64,000 nt of DNA, from positions 1 through 64,000 of the forward strand of contig JAWBTQ010000003.1 of the NCBI GenBank assembly GCA_038841535.1. Direction: 5' to 3'. The notes below the pieces were generated by a model that saw only the letters and a program-made list of their open reading frames with translations, searched no databases and had not been told where the DNA came from. The translations under genes were made by a program, and so were the position numbers. Source of the stretch: Sulfolobales archaeon. Its GTDB lineage: Archaea; Thermoproteota; Thermoprotei_A; Sulfolobales; NBVN01. Each line of letters begins with the position of its first letter. Position 1 is the stretch's first letter. Below, one piece after another: positions 34,423 through 46,372 of this stretch.

Positions 34423-35860
34423 ATTCTGATAACCTCCTTCTGATTATCTCATTAACGAGCTTGGGGTCGGCCCTACCCCTAGTCTTCCTCATAACTTGAC
34501 CTACAAGGAAATTTATGGCTTTGGGGTCTTTAATAGCGTCTGCTACAGCCTTAGGGTTCTCCTTAAATACTTCATCTACTACTCTCTCTATTTCTTCCTC
34601 TTCTCCGATTGTGGTCAACCCACGTGAAACAAGCTCCTCGGGGTTAATATCTTCAAGCACTGCTAGCCTTACGTAGTCCTTCAGTAGCTTAATGCTTATT
34701 AGTCCATTACTGAAATAGTGAACAAGCTTGCACAGCCTTTCAGTATTTAGTCTACTAATGCCTACAGCTAGCGGTATTCCTGCTTCATCTACCCATCTAA
34801 GGAGGTCATTAACTAAGAGCGACGATATGAGCTTCGGGTTTCCACACACTTTAGAAGAATACTCAAAATGGTCACACAGCTTCTTGTGAAGAACAAGCAC
34901 TGAAGCAACGTAATCACCAACCTCGTACTCCTTCGCAATTCTTCTAGCTCTAGAGTCAGGTAACTCTGGGAGAGACTTTGAAACGAACTCGATAAGATCC
35001 TTACTTATGGGTATAGGAGGTAAGTCAGGGTCGGGGAAGTACCTGTACTCACCCTCAAGTTCTTTAACTCTAGACGTTACGGTTACTCCCTTTTCCTTTA
35101 TCCAATGTCTGGTTTCTCTCTCTATAGTTCCACCAGACTTAATTATGTTGAGCTGGCGAGCGACCTCGTAGTTGAGGGCTTTTTCTAAGTCCTTCGGTGA
35201 GCCGATGTTCTTGATCTCTATCCTAGAACCACCATCTACAGAAACATTCGCATCTGCTCTCATAGCTCCCTCTAGTGACGTATCAGTTATTTCGAGGTGT
35301 TCTAGTATTGAACCCAGCTTCTCTAGAAACACTCTGGCCTCTCTAGGTGAGCGAAAATCCGGTTCTGTGACTATCTCTAGTAGAGCTACCCCAGCTCTAT
35401 TATAGTCTATTAATGAGTATTTACTTCCAAGAACGGACCTCTCTGGGTACACTATTCTACCAGTATCCTCCTCTATATTAACTCTTCTAATTCTGATAGT
35501 CCTAATTTCATTGTCGATCTCTATAGTTACTTCCCCGTTTACTGCTATGGGTGTAAGGCCGTATCTGTCGTATTGAGATATCTGGTAGTTCTTGGGTAAG
35601 TCCGGATAGAAATAGTGCTTTCTTACAAAGAGCAGTTTGTCGTATATCTTACAGTTAAGTGCTAACGATAGTGCGATAGCCTTCTCAAGAGCCGCTTTAT
35701 TGAGAACAGGTAGACTCCCGGGTAAGCCGAGGCACACCGGACACACGTTCGTATTAGGTGGGTTATCTCTGTAGTTACTTGAGCATCTACAAAACAGCTT
35801 AGTCCTTAAGTAAGTTATCTGCGCATGGACCTCGAGTCCTATTACGACACCACTACGCAT
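34409..35860 (-). CDS. gatB: Asp/Glu-tRNA amidotransferase subunit B
   Basis: IGLEVH, YFYPDLPKNYQISQ, DYNRAG. Confidence 0.97.
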   Translation of the reverse strand: MRSGVVIGLEVHAQITYLRTKLFCRCSSNYRDNPPNTNVCPVCLGLPGSLPVLNKAALEKAIALSLALNCKIYDKLLFVRKHYFYPDLPKNYQISQYDRYGLTPIAVNGEVTIEIDNEIRTIRIRRVNIEEDTGRIVYPERSVLGSKYSLIDYNRAGVALLEIVTEPDFRSPREARVFLEKLGSILEHLEITDTSLEGAMRADANVSVDGGSRIEIKNIGSPKDLEKALNYEVARQLNIIKSGGTIERETRHWIKEKGVTVTSRVKELEGEYRYFPDPDLPPIPISKDLIEFVSKSLPELPDSRARRIAKEYEVGDYVASVLVLHKKLCDHFEYSSKVCGNPKLISSLLVNDLLRWVDEAGIPLAVGISRLNTERLCKLVHYFSNGLISIKLLKDYVRLAVLEDINPEELVSRGLTTIGEEEEIERVVDEVFKENPKAVADAIKDPKAINFLVGQVMRKTRGRADPKLVNEIIRRRLSEYGPK

Positions 35861-37304
35861 CTCTTAACACCTCAATGACTCTGGCTAGGTTTAGTATGAA
35901 ACCCTCTGAAAGAGGTGGACCAAATACTTGTATACCAACAGGTAAACCTTCTGAAAAACCTCCTGGAACACTTAGGGCTGGAAGTCCAGCAAGGTTTATT
36001 GGAACAGTGTTTATGTCCAAGCTATAGAGCTTTATGGGATCCGAGATAACCTCACCCACTCGTGGCGGCAGTATGGGAGAAGTCGGAGAGATAGCTAGAT
36101 CGTATACTCCAAACAACTTCATTAACTCTTCATAGAGAAGTCTTCTAACCTTGGCGGCCTTAAGGTAGTATCCTTCATATAGGCCTTCGCTTAAGACATA
36201 TGTTCCGATCAAAATCCTTCTTTTAACTTCGTCGCCAAAACCAAGCATTCTAACTCTCCTATAGACATCTGTCCATAGCTTACCCTCGACCTCGAGTCTG
36301 ACACCGTACTTCAAACCATCGTACCTAGCTAAATTAGAACTGGCTTCCGCCATGGCAATAATGTAGTAGGTTGGTAGCGAGTATTGTAATAGCGGCATCT
36401 TCTTGAACTCTACGCTTAAGCCCCTACTCTCAAGTTTTTCTAGTATCTTGTTAAATACTTTCATAATGCCTTTGTCTACTCCCTCACCAACCATCTCCTC
36501 GATCACTACTATCCTATAGTTTTTCAGAAGGTGATCTACGGCATAGTCCCTGAAACTACCAGTCCTTGCCTTTAAGCTAGTAGAATCACGGGGGTCATGC
36601 CCTGAAATGACGTCAAGCACTACCGCAACATCCTCAACGTATCTAGCCATAGGACCTATTTGGTCTAAACTGCTACCATAAGCTACGAGTCCGTACCTAC
36701 TAACTAACCCATAAGTAGGCTTTATACCGACAGTGCCTGTGTATGCGGCTGGGAGCCTTATTGAACCGCCTGTGTCCGAGCCTAAAGCTACGGTAGCCTC
36801 GCATGCTGCCACAGCTACAGCACTGCCTCCCGAAGAACCTCCCGGCACCCTACTGTAATCCCAAGGATTTAACGTTGGATAAAACGCGCTGTTCTCAGTT
36901 GTAGATCCCATAGCAAACTCATCCATGTTAGTTTTACCTATTACTATGCCTCCAGACTCCTTTATCTTTAATACGACAGTAGCGTCGTAGGGTGGAACAT
37001 AACTTTCAAGCATCTTAGAGCCGCATGTTGTTCTGATACCCTTAGTACTTATGTTGTCTTTTAATGCTACGAGAGCCCCTCCCAAGGGTCCGATTTCTTT
37101 AGACTTTAGCAATCTTTCAGCTTCATTTACTACTTCACTCTTTGGTCTCAAGGTTATGTAAGCTCTGAGTCTATGCTCGTGTCTTTCAATAACTCTGTAA
37201 ACTTCATCAATGTACTTAAAAAGGAAATCCGGGTCTTCAACTACCCTCTCCCTTAAAGTCTTGATCGATATAGATGATACTTGAGTGCATTGAGGCGAGA
37301 ACAT
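35853..37304 (-). CDS. gatA: Amidotransferase subunit A
   Basis: Amidase signature GGSSGGS, SDTGGSIR. Confidence 0.97.
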   Translation of the reverse strand: MFSPQCTQVSSISIKTLRERVVEDPDFLFKYIDEVYRVIERHEHRLRAYITLRPKSEVVNEAERLLKSKEIGPLGGALVALKDNISTKGIRTTCGSKMLESYVPPYDATVVLKIKESGGIVIGKTNMDEFAMGSTTENSAFYPTLNPWDYSRVPGGSSGGSAVAVAACEATVALGSDTGGSIRLPAAYTGTVGIKPTYGLVSRYGLVAYGSSLDQIGPMARYVEDVAVVLDVISGHDPRDSTSLKARTGSFRDYAVDHLLKNYRIVVIEEMVGEGVDKGIMKVFNKILEKLESRGLSVEFKKMPLLQYSLPTYYIIAMAEASSNLARYDGLKYGVRLEVEGKLWTDVYRRVRMLGFGDEVKRRILIGTYVLSEGLYEGYYLKAAKVRRLLYEELMKLFGVYDLAISPTSPILPPRVGEVISDPIKLYSLDINTVPINLAGLPALSVPGGFSEGLPVGIQVFGPPLSEGFILNLARVIEVLRDA

Positions 37305-37308
37305 GCTC

Positions 37309-37602
37309 TCACAGGGTCCTAGGAGATTTTAAGTACCTGTCTTCAAGCCTCTCTCCGACTGGATCTAGTTCTCCGATCCCCATAGACTCAGACTCTAAGT
37401 CGTCCCTCAGGTTGACATCACCGAAAAACGTAGTGTAGAGAGGCTCAACTTCGTCAGGTACACCAAGCTCATTGATCTTGTTGAACATCTCTATTATTCT
37501 CTCTAAGTCACGTGAGAGAGACTCTGCTCTCACCCAGTCTATCTCTATAAGAGCTAGGGCGCTCAGGTGCTTTATCACTTTCTCCCAACTCACCCTACTC
37601 AT
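37309..37602 (-). CDS. gatC: Amidotransferase subunit C
   Basis: Position before gatA; LRDD..PRT pattern. Confidence 0.85.
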   Translation of the reverse strand: MSRVSWEKVIKHLSALALIEIDWVRAESLSRDLERIIEMFNKINELGVPDEVEPLYTTFFGDVNLRDDLESESMGIGELDPVGERLEDRYLKSPRTL

Positions 37603-37932
37603 CCATAATCTATGGTCTTTTCAAGTATTAAGCAAGCATTACGACCGCACTAAGCATGCTAACCAGACCGAACTCGGAAATTCAAACTAGTCGACCCTCA
37701 GCAACATACATAAAATGTTCTTGTCCAAGACAGTGTGGTTCCGAAGTTTATTGAGCTTGAAGCGCCCGCTTTTTGAACTTATTTAGGGAATAAAGGTGGA
37801 GAACTGTATCAAGGCTGATAAGTCTAAGGTCTCAAAACCACCGATACCGCATCAATCTAATTACAATAATCACAGCCTAGAGTATCCGCGTATGCTTATA
37901 ATCTGGGTCGTCGATGTAGTACTGGGAGATGC

Positions 37933-38685
37933 GTGTTTGACGTAGATGAAATGTTTGAGGTGTCTCTCTCACCCGACGACATAGAGTCTATAGCAGAAGC
38001 TCTGAAAGAAATGAAAAACCCGGTCACTCTCTATGTATTTGTAGAGAAAGACAGAAAAAAGTGTAGGTACTGTGATAATACGATCAGGCTAGTCGAGGCT
38101 TTAGCAAGCGCTAGCACTCGCGTCTCAAACCCACCTCTACTTAGTTACGTAATTGCTGAGAGGGGAGTAAACAACGACCTATTTGAAAAATTCGGAGTCT
38201 CGAGAATTCCGTCTATAGCTATGATTGAAGGACATATAAGATACACTGGAATGCCCGCGGGTGAGGAACTGAGGGGGCTTATCGAGACGATCATCAGGTT
38301 AAGCACGGGAGACTCAGGTCTTTCGGAGAGATCAGTGAAGAGGATCTCTGAACTTAAAGCACCTGTGTATGTTGAAGTTATCGTAACACCAACATGTCCT
38401 TACTGCCCCTACGTGGCTTTAATGGCTAATATGATAGCCTACGAAGCTTACAAAGCTGGTAACAAGGCAGTAATATCTGATATAGTGGAAGCTTATGAAA
38501 ACCCCGATATAGCTGACTCATACAACATCATGAGTGTTCCAGCAGTAGCTATAAATAAGCAGATGGCGTTCGTAGGACTACCCTACGAAGAGCAGCTTGT
38601 AGACTTAGTCTACGAGGTATCAATAAAATCTTGGGTAAGAGAGCAGAGGAAGAGGCTTCTAGAGAAAATGCTCAAGGAAGAGTAA
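37933..38685 (+). CDS. Protein disulfide oxidoreductase (two thioredoxin folds)
   Basis: CRYC and CPYC, GMPAGEE. Confidence 0.92.
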   Translation: MFDVDEMFEVSLSPDDIESIAEALKEMKNPVTLYVFVEKDRKKCRYCDNTIRLVEALASASTRVSNPPLLSYVIAERGVNNDLFEKFGVSRIPSIAMIEGHIRYTGMPAGEELRGLIETIIRLSTGDSGLSERSVKRISELKAPVYVEVIVTPTCPYCPYVALMANMIAYEAYKAGNKAVISDIVEAYENPDIADSYNIMSVPAVAINKQMAFVGLPYEEQLVDLVYEVSIKSWVREQRKRLLEKMLKEE

Positions 38686-38809
38686 ATGAATTAAACCACA
38701 CATCGTCTGAGATAGAACAGCGAGAGTGGGGGTTCCTCAATATCATTAACCGGTCTTAAAATTTACTCTTTAAATCCGCACACTTCAGTTAACCGCTACC
38801 ACAGCTCCT

Positions 38810-41317
38810 CTAGTACTCACAGGTAGTACAGCCTCCGGTTTCTCCCTCCTTAAGTATGTAAGCTGCTGCTCTAAACTTATCGGGTCTTGCCTCAGCTCTC
38901 TCATCTTTTAGTGTCTCTCTTCTCTCACCAGCAGCTTTTTCCGAAATCTTAACTCCGAAATAGATTACCTGCTTTGACTTAGATTTGTCCCTATATACAG
39001 TAATACCCTTGCAGCCCAACCTCCAAGCTAGTATATACGTCTCCATGACATCTGCCGGAGTAGCCTCGTAGACCATGTTTACAGTTTTACTTACACCAGC
39101 ATCAACCCACTGCTGCCATACTGCTTGGTGATATACGTGGTAATTGGGTGATACGTCGTGAGCTGTTCTAAATAGCTCTCTAAGCTTTCTTGGGAAATAG
39201 GGGTTATGAGCTATAGTTCCAGACTCAGCTACTAACTTCACTAGCTCTTGCTCATCTAGCTCGTACTTCCGTAAAGCATCGAGAAACAGTCTATTCATCT
39301 CGATAAAGGTTCCTACGGTTACTACTCTAGTAAATGCTAGAGCAAATATCGGCTCTATAGAGCTAGACGTCCCAGCTATTATTGATAGTGTACCTGTAGG
39401 TGCTATGGAGAGCAGAGTAGCATTACGCAAGCCGTGAGTGAGCATCATGCTTTCAACTAGACTCCAATCGATGGAGGGCCTACTACGCACTAGCTCCTTT
39501 GCTCGTTCAGATACCTCGCTGAGGTCTAAACCGGCTTTAGCGAACCAGTCATCTATCTTCAACGCTGTCTGCCAGAGAGGCTTGTAGAGCCTCGAATCCC
39601 ATGCCGAAAAAGACCCTTTCTCTTTAGCGAGCTCAATGCTAGCCATGTAAGCACAATAAGCAATGAACTCCGCTATGTGGTACGCTAAGTATATAGCATC
39701 TGGAGAGTCGTATTTTAGCCCCAACTTTATTAGCATGTGGGCCCAGCCCATAACTCCCAGTCCAACCTTTCTCGTTTTCTCAACTGCTAACTGCAACTGC
39801 TTCAGTGGATACTTTGCTACCGATATAACGTTGTCTAAGAACCTAACAGCCGTGTTAACGTCTTCGGCTAGAGACTTCCAGTCAATTACTGGTTTACCTC
39901 TAGAATTCTCTACAACGTACTTCTCTAGGTTTATACTCCCGAGGTTGCAGGACTCCCACTCAAGCAGAGGCTGCTCGCCGCATGGATTCGTGGAGTTAAT
40001 CTTTCCTAGATACCATGTTGGGTGGCGTCTATTTATGGAATCTATGAAGAGAAGACCGGGGTCTCCAGAATCCCATGCCGACTTCACTATAGAATCAAAT
40101 AGTTCTCCGGCATCTACCCACCTAACTATAGCTCCCTCAGCCTCAGCTATCAGAATAGCTTCATCAACAGTTATTAATATGGACTTCTCCAGAGGTACCG
40201 ACCACCCCCACTCTTCAAGCTCCTTCAGTATTATCTCTTGAACCCACTCTTCATTCATGTAGTATCTAGCTTTAACTATAGCGTAGTACCTAGAGTCGTT
40301 TAGTTTCGTCAGGCTAGTCTTCCTTGGGTTTATAAGAGGGACCTTCTGTCCCTTTATAACCGACTCCATAAAGTAGTCATATATTCCCACACTTATATTG
40401 AAGTTCTGTAGGTTTACGTCTTTGAGCTTACCAGACTTTGATAGTATGAATTTCTCGATATCTGGATGCCATACGTGGAGAACGCCCATGTTAGCTCCTC
40501 TTCTTCTGCCTCCCTGCTTTATTATCTCGGTATTGACATCAAACACCTTAATAAAAGAGAGAGGACCGCTCGCCACACCCGCAGTTGAAGCTACCACATC
40601 TCCTTCCGGCCTTAGTTCGCTAAAGTCGAAGCCGCAACCACCACCTTGCTGAAAAATTAGTGATTGAGCTCTGAGAGCATCATAAATACCGTCTCCTTCT
40701 TCAGTTGATATTGCATCACGTACTGGAATAACGAAGCACGCTGAAAGTATCCCGAGCCTGCTGCCTGCGTTCATTAGTGTCGGAGAATTGGGTAAGAACC
40801 TTAGTGATGACATAACCTCATAGAACTTTTTAGCCCAGTGGTCCCTCTGATCCAATCCTTCGACACTTGCTACATAGTTTGCTACCCTCCAGAAAAGCTG
40901 AGACGGTGTTTCTCGCAGTCTTAGAGTAGCAGGATCCTTAACAAGATACCTAGAAACCAGCGTCCTTAAGGAAGCATAGGTTAGAGCTAGGTCTTCGGGA
41001 TTAAGCTCTCTCCATGCGTTTTTGCCATATACATGATTATAGACCCTGGCTAGTAAGTATCTTCTAGCAGCCAGTTCGAATCTTTCATCAACTACTACTC
41101 TCTCTATGAGAGCTTTCTCCACTCTATCCGCTATCTCCTGTGAAGTAATAACTTCTCTTTTCTCGTGTACACCAGATAAAACATCTTTCACTACATCATC
41201 TACGTGCTTTTCGAGCCCTACGGCTTTTAAAGCCTTCTCGATAGACGCTTTAAGCTTCTCTAGACTAAAGGGCTCCACTCTTCCATCAAACTTTGAAACT
41301 GAGACGCCCAGCTCCAC
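38810..41317 (-). CDS. nrdJ: Class II (B12-dependent) ribonucleotide reductase with ATP cone
   Basis: [25 protein letters not shown]-terminal CTTC. Confidence 0.95.
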   Translation of the reverse strand: MELGVSVSKFDGRVEPFSLEKLKASIEKALKAVGLEKHVDDVVKDVLSGVHEKREVITSQEIADRVEKALIERVVVDERFELAARRYLLARVYNHVYGKNAWRELNPEDLALTYASLRTLVSRYLVKDPATLRLRETPSQLFWRVANYVASVEGLDQRDHWAKKFYEVMSSLRFLPNSPTLMNAGSRLGILSACFVIPVRDAISTEEGDGIYDALRAQSLIFQQGGGCGFDFSELRPEGDVVASTAGVASGPLSFIKVFDVNTEIIKQGGRRRGANMGVLHVWHPDIEKFILSKSGKLKDVNLQNFNISVGIYDYFMESVIKGQKVPLINPRKTSLTKLNDSRYYAIVKARYYMNEEWVQEIILKELEEWGWSVPLEKSILITVDEAILIAEAEGAIVRWVDAGELFDSIVKSAWDSGDPGLLFIDSINRRHPTWYLGKINSTNPCGEQPLLEWESCNLGSINLEKYVVENSRGKPVIDWKSLAEDVNTAVRFLDNVISVAKYPLKQLQLAVEKTRKVGLGVMGWAHMLIKLGLKYDSPDAIYLAYHIAEFIAYCAYMASIELAKEKGSFSAWDSRLYKPLWQTALKIDDWFAKAGLDLSEVSERAKELVRSRPSIDWSLVESMMLTHGLRNATLLSIAPTGTLSIIAGTSSSIEPIFALAFTRVVTVGTFIEMNRLFLDALRKYELDEQELVKLVAESGTIAHNPYFPRKLRELFRTAHDVSPNYHVYHQAVWQQWVDAGVSKTVNMVYEATPADVMETYILAWRLGCKGITVYRDKSKSKQVIYFGVKISEKAAGERRETLKDERAEARPDKFRAAAYILKEGETGGCTTCEY

Positions 41318-41354
41318 GATCCCACTGTTGCTTGTTACACTACCTATAAAATTG

Positions 41355-42497
41355 CTACAAGGCTTTATACTTCTCGTACCACATCTCGTAGACTTTTATC
41401 ATCTCTCTATTAACGCTGGGCTTTCGATGCTTAACTACCTCAGCAAAATCCTCCATTCTTATTGACCTAGGCTCTCCCTTACCTCCAACTCCGTCAAAAA
41501 GTTCTCGAACAGTCCTCATGTGGGCTGCTGCTACTATTTCCACGATGTCGCTTGAAGTATACCCATCGAGTATCTCAGAGAGCCTCTCTAAGTCTACAGA
41601 CGGATCTAGCTTAAGGCTCTTGGAGTACATCTTAAGCATGGCTAACCTAGCTTCCTTAGGTGGGAGGGGAACGTAAATTCTCTTCTGAAACCTCCTTATG
41701 AAAGCCTCATCCAGCCTCCATGGCTTATTGGTTGCTGCTACAACGAAAACTAGCTGTTTTGGGTCTATCTTACTATCAAGACCGTCCATCTCCTTTAGAA
41801 ACTGGTTTCTAACTCTAACTTCTCCACCTATTTCCGTTTCGAAAATTCCGAATAGAGAGTCGACTTCGTCGATAAATATTATTACAGGCTTTCCATTCTT
41901 AGCAAGCTCTCTTGCTTTAGTGAAAAGTTTAGAGACTCTCTTCTCTGCTTCACCAAGCCACTTAGACATTATGCTAGCAGCATCTACGCTAATGAAGTAA
42001 CCCTCAATTTCTCCAGCTACTGCCGCCGCTACGTATGTTTTACCGCAGCCCGGAGGGCCGAAGAGGAGTATCCCCTTAGGCCACCCTAGGGGAAAGAGGT
42101 CTGGCCTCTTAGATGGGAATACTATAGACTCCCTGACAGCCTCCTTCACGCTTACCATATCGGCTACGTCACTGAAGGTTACACCAGTTTTCTCGACAAC
42201 TTTAAAGAATCCGTCTAGGTCTTCTGAAGCCTCCGGCCCTCCCCCTGCGGAAATCCTCACTTTACCCAGTAGGCTGTCAAGCTCTGATATCCTTCTTCTA
42301 TACTCTCCAATCCACTGCTTGTATATACTATTAAGACTGTGATCCGGATAAAGCTGTAGGATCTTCTCCAGAACCTCTATAGCTCTCTTGTAGTAGTTAA
42401 TGGCATCAGCATAATTTCCCTCCCTATCACTCATGACTGCTCTTACAGCATAGTTACGTGCTAACCCCTCTAAGTATGTTAGAGATGTTGAACTCAC
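41355..42497 (-). CDS. cdvC: CdvC (Vps4 AAA ATPase)
   Basis: MIT domain, [20 protein letters not shown]. Confidence 0.95.
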   Translation of the reverse strand: MSSTSLTYLEGLARNYAVRAVMSDREGNYADAINYYKRAIEVLEKILQLYPDHSLNSIYKQWIGEYRRRISELDSLLGKVRISAGGGPEASEDLDGFFKVVEKTGVTFSDVADMVSVKEAVRESIVFPSKRPDLFPLGWPKGILLFGPPGCGKTYVAAAVAGEIEGYFISVDAASIMSKWLGEAEKRVSKLFTKARELAKNGKPVIIFIDEVDSLFGIFETEIGGEVRVRNQFLKEMDGLDSKIDPKQLVFVVAATNKPWRLDEAFIRRFQKRIYVPLPPKEARLAMLKMYSKSLKLDPSVDLERLSEILDGYTSSDIVEIVAAAHMRTVRELFDGVGGKGEPRSIRMEDFAEVVKHRKPSVNREMIKVYEMWYEKYKAL

Positions 42498-42517
42498 AGT
42501 GTTTCACCTAACTCTGG

Positions 42518-43387
42518 TTAAGGTCTTTGGTAAGATATCGAGATCTTACCTTGCTTTTCTAGATCTAGTAAAGTTTGAATCACGTCGTCCTTACTCACTC
42601 CCAGTTTCTCGGCTACATATCCTACCTCTATGAAGCCTCCGCGCTCTCGCACTACATTCAGAACGAAGTCTGCTATCTGCTCTCGCGAGGCTCCGGCCTT
42701 TTTAGCTTTTGGCTTAGCTAGTGGAACGGCTTCACCTTCAATAGTATTTTTACTCTTGAGAGTTTCCTCAATGACGCTCACATTTCTATCCCTGCCTATG
42801 AGGAGTTCTGGAGGTATTTCTGGGAGTTGTGATAGCTTCTCTTCAACAGATTTTTCGACTTTTGTTAATAACTCTCTAGCTTCTGGAGATATGATGAGGG
42901 CATCTTCTACCTTAACCGGGATAGTATCTGACGTGCCCGCCACTATCTCCCTTGTTTTACTTATAGTAAGCTCAAGGCCTATCGCTAAGTTAGGAGCGAT
43001 ATCACTTACGTAGTCTTTTGCTATGTGAAGTAGTGACGATATGCTGGCCAGGGCTTTAGTTATGTCAGCTACTTCACCAAGGGTTTCTAACCTGAGCTTA
43101 ACTTGCTCAACTATCATCTCAGTGATCATAGCTTTCTTTATGTATCTAGACACTTGAGAAGCTTCATTAGCATAAACTAATGCTCTCTCGTTTTTCTTTT
43201 CGGACTTAGCTACTAGGGCTTCTCTAACTAAGTCCTTATACCTGTTTATCAGTCTCTCGGTGACGTCCCTCACCTCCTTTAGTATCATGTCAAGCCTTAC
43301 TACAAGTTCTGAGAGCTCTACCTGCTTCCCCTTTTTATCACCTGACAACCTCTTCATCAAGAAGCTCATGAAATTAAAAACACTCAA
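42518..43387 (-). CDS. cdvB: CdvB (ESCRT-III, Snf7 plus C-terminal winged helix)
   Basis: YANE..EQVKLRLETL; operon position. Confidence 0.92.
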   Translation of the reverse strand: MSVFNFMSFLMKRLSGDKKGKQVELSELVVRLDMILKEVRDVTERLINRYKDLVREALVAKSEKKNERALVYANEASQVSRYIKKAMITEMIVEQVKLRLETLGEVADITKALASISSLLHIAKDYVSDIAPNLAIGLELTISKTREIVAGTSDTIPVKVEDALIISPEARELLTKVEKSVEEKLSQLPEIPPELLIGRDRNVSVIEETLKSKNTIEGEAVPLAKPKAKKAGASREQIADFVLNVVRERGGFIEVGYVAEKLGVSKDDVIQTLLDLEKQGKISISYQRP

Positions 43388-43403
43388 CTTAAGGCACCTC
43401 AGA

Positions 43404-44111
43404 CTAATGCTGAGATTCTTCCACGATCACTACGGGTATAGGTACTTGAGACTGTGCTGGAACCTGTGCTTGAGGTGGTGTAGCCTTTATCTGCGGCTCC
43501 ACTGGTTCTGCTTCTAGCTTTGACAGCAACTCTAGGTGCTTCTCAACGTCTTTCCTCTCATCTAAACACTTGTTCTTAGCGTTTCTCATGAAGTCCATTG
43601 ATGCTTTGTATGACTGCTCACTAATCTCGTTGCTCATATACAGTACGTAAACGTTAGCTATGGCTCTCTCATACCTAATAACTTGGTCATCAAGCTCGTT
43701 TATCTTACCCTTAAGTACTTCCCTCAGCTTACCTGATTCGTCCTTTATCTTCTTGAACTCCGCTTCAAGCCTCTTTCTCATTTCTTCATACGCGTGCGTG
43801 GGTATCATGCCCTTCCTATTTAGCTCCTCAAGGGACCTTATTCTCTTTTTAACTCTATCTAACCTGTTTTCAACGTCTATAGCGACAACCTTCCACTCAG
43901 GAAGTACTATCAGTGCGTCTGGGGCCCTCATTATCCTATTCGCTTCAACTTTGACGAGCTCGTAGTCGTTGATAGCTATCTCTACCGCCTCAACATTCCC
44001 AGATACATCAGCAAATACGGCAATCAACTTACCCAAGCTTCTACCGTACTCATCCCTAACTACTTGACCTAGGAACTTCTCTACTTGATCTAGGGTGACC
44101 ATTCCCAGCAC
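43404..44111 (-). CDS. cdvA: CdvA cell-division protein
   Basis: GQVVRDEYGR..LPEWK, coiled coil, PIPVVI tail. Confidence 0.92.
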   Translation of the reverse strand: MLGMVTLDQVEKFLGQVVRDEYGRSLGKLIAVFADVSGNVEAVEIAINDYELVKVEANRIMRAPDALIVLPEWKVVAIDVENRLDRVKKRIRSLEELNRKGMIPTHAYEEMRKRLEAEFKKIKDESGKLREVLKGKINELDDQVIRYERAIANVYVLYMSNEISEQSYKASMDFMRNAKNKCLDERKDVEKHLELLSKLEAEPVEPQIKATPPQAQVPAQSQVPIPVVIVEESQH

Positions 44112-44181
44112 CGCAAAGCTATTCTCAAAGGCTACGTTATTTAAAAAACCGAGGCTTCTTTATGTCTATCTACTGCTGGTG

Positions 44182-45360
44182 CTATAAAGCCTGAGGCTCT
44201 GGAATCTCTTTAAGTTGGTTGAGAACGTAGTTCCGAATCTCGGATGGGGTGGGGTAGTCCCTGACTAACACTCCGTTTTCTAGCCACTTCAGTAGAATGT
44301 CTTCTAAGCACCTTGAAGGTCTTTCATCCCATAGAGTGACCTCGTAGTCTAAAACTCCACATCTATAAACCTTCTTAGCACCTGGCATTTTGCCTCTCTT
44401 AGCTATTGGTCTCCAAGCGCCATCGCGATAAACTTCAACTATGTCCATGCTAATATCAACCGGTTGTGGGAAAGCAATAGAGGTGCCGACACCAAATATG
44501 TCCACCGTATCTCTTAGTTCAACTATAGATCTCTCGTTTACACCACCACTAACAACTATTTTTATGCTAGGATGCCCTAAAGCCTTGAGAGTCCATCTGA
44601 TCTCCTCCACTATTTCCCTCATATCTCCGCGCCTACTTCTCGGAGTATCAAGCCTGACACCATATAAACGGTTGCCTAAGGCCTCAATAGCTTGAAGAGT
44701 TTCGACCCTTTCATCATTGAACGTGTCGACGAGCATTATCCTCGGTACTTCTGGTTCAATAACTTCATCGAAGGCCTTCCAAGACGCAACGTTATCTCCA
44801 AAAACTACTACGAGGGCGTGCGGCATCGTCCCAACAGGGTTCACCCCTAGGTACTCACGACTAAAGTCCCCAGATACGGCGTCAGCCCCACCTACGAATA
44901 CAGCTCTATCTACAGCGGGAGCTATTGCTGGGTGAAGAGCTCTTAAACCAAAGAAAACGACTCTTTTATCTGAAGCTAGTTTTTTCACCCTGGCTGCTTT
45001 AGTGGCTATGGAAGTGGTGTGCCTTAAAACCCCAAGAACGGCTGTTTCATACAGACACATATCAGCGTAAGAACCCTCTATGAGCATTACCGGGGTGTTT
45101 GATCTAACTAGAGTTCCTTCGGGAATAGAGTAAACGTTTAAGGGCTTACCCTGCAATATCTTCAGAGCCTCCTCTAGGCCTGAGTAAACAGCCCACTCGT
45201 AGCCTCTAGGAAGATCAGAGACGTGAACCTCCATTCTGACCCTAACCTTATCTAACCCCTTAGCCTCCAAGATCCTCTTAGTCCTAGTGAAGTATACGTC
45301 CGTAATCTTACCGCTGATGATCTCGTCTTCGCTAGCTACATATAGCCTCGGTCTATTCAT
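44182..45360 (-). CDS. pncB: Nicotinate phosphoribosyltransferase
   Basis: TDVYF, GTMPH, RLDTP, SGG, AKRGK. Confidence 0.93.
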   Translation of the reverse strand: MNRPRLYVASEDEIISGKITDVYFTRTKRILEAKGLDKVRVRMEVHVSDLPRGYEWAVYSGLEEALKILQGKPLNVYSIPEGTLVRSNTPVMLIEGSYADMCLYETAVLGVLRHTTSIATKAARVKKLASDKRVVFFGLRALHPAIAPAVDRAVFVGGADAVSGDFSREYLGVNPVGTMPHALVVVFGDNVASWKAFDEVIEPEVPRIMLVDTFNDERVETLQAIEALGNRLYGVRLDTPRSRRGDMREIVEEIRWTLKALGHPSIKIVVSGGVNERSIVELRDTVDIFGVGTSIAFPQPVDISMDIVEVYRDGAWRPIAKRGKMPGAKKVYRCGVLDYEVTLWDERPSRCLEDILLKWLENGVLVRDYPTPSEIRNYVLNQLKEIPEPQAL

Positions 45361-45457
45361 ACGTCTGCCGCCATTAACTAGAGGAAACGATTGTTTATAA
45401 CCTAAAATCGTTAGTTGTTGACGCTAATTCTCGAGCATCGACAACGAATTTAGAGCT

Positions 45458-46372
45458 TTAACGTTCATGTGCTACCCCAACTAAATCTTGTAGAGATCGT
45501 CCCCCTATATTTCTTAGCCATACATTAAGTCCTCTTACAATGTTTCTTACCGCATCCGGTCCCCGATACACTAACGCAGTACCCACTTGGATAGCTCGTG
45601 AGCCAGCGAGTATTAGTTCTGCCGCATCTTTCCACGTAAATACCCCACCAACACCTATGATATCAGCTAGAGTCTCCTTGTAAACCGAGTAAACCGCCCA
45701 GACGGCAATTGGGTGAATAGATTTGCCGGAGAGCCCTCCGTATACGTTCGTTAGAAGAGGTTTAAAAGAGTGTACATCAATAGCCATCCCCCTGACCGTA
45801 TTTATAAGCGTGAGAGCTCTAGCTCCTGCTTCAAGAGCCTTGACTGACGCATCTACGATTCTATCGGACAGCCCTAGCTTTACTATAACTGGGATTCTGA
45901 TCGCCGAGGATACTTCTCTAACTGTATTGAACACTGCTACAGGGTCTCTACCTAGCTCCAAACCACCTCCCTTGAAGTGGGGACAGCTCATGTTTAGCTC
46001 AACAGCACTAGAACCTACCTCTTCAGCTGTAATAGCTACGTCAATGAAATCGTTGACACTAACACCACCAACACTCACAATTACTGGAACCCCGTGCTTC
46101 TTAGCTGACTCAACAAAAGGCCTTAAACCAGCTCTACCCGGGTTAGATAGACCTACAGCGTTGAGAAGGCTTCCACAGCGCAACCTAACTATTATAGGAG
46201 GGTTATAGCCCTCTCTAGGCTCTCTAGTGAAAGTCTTCGAAACAATAGCGGACACCCCCCAAGATGCCATGAGATCCGCGTGCTCAGGTAAGTACCCTAG
46301 TATACCGCTAGCATTCATTACCGGGTGTACTAGCTGTAAGCCAGCTACTCTCGTCTCTAACTTTTCAATCAA
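45458..46372 (-). CDS. pyrD: Dihydroorotate dehydrogenase family 1B
   Basis: NASG, NAVGLSNPG, ELNMSCPH, GGLSG. Confidence 0.95.
   Translation of the reverse strand: MIEKLETRVAGLQLVHPVMNASGILGYLPEHADLMASWGVSAIVSKTFTREPREGYNPPIIVRLRCGSLLNAVGLSNPGRAGLRPFVESAKKHGVPVIVSVGGVSVNDFIDVAITAEEVGSSAVELNMSCPHFKGGGLELGRDPVAVFNTVREVSSAIRIPVIVKLGLSDRIVDASVKALEAGARALTLINTVRGMAIDVHSFKPLLTNVYGGLSGKSIHPIAVWAVYSVYKETLADIIGVGGVFTWKDAAELILAGSRAIQVGTALVYRGPDAVRNIVRGLNVWLRNIGGRSLQDLVGVAHER

Noticed and set aside
41355-44111. ESCRT-III/Vps4 genes as a novel system
   Set aside because: This is the well-described crenarchaeal cdvABC operon.
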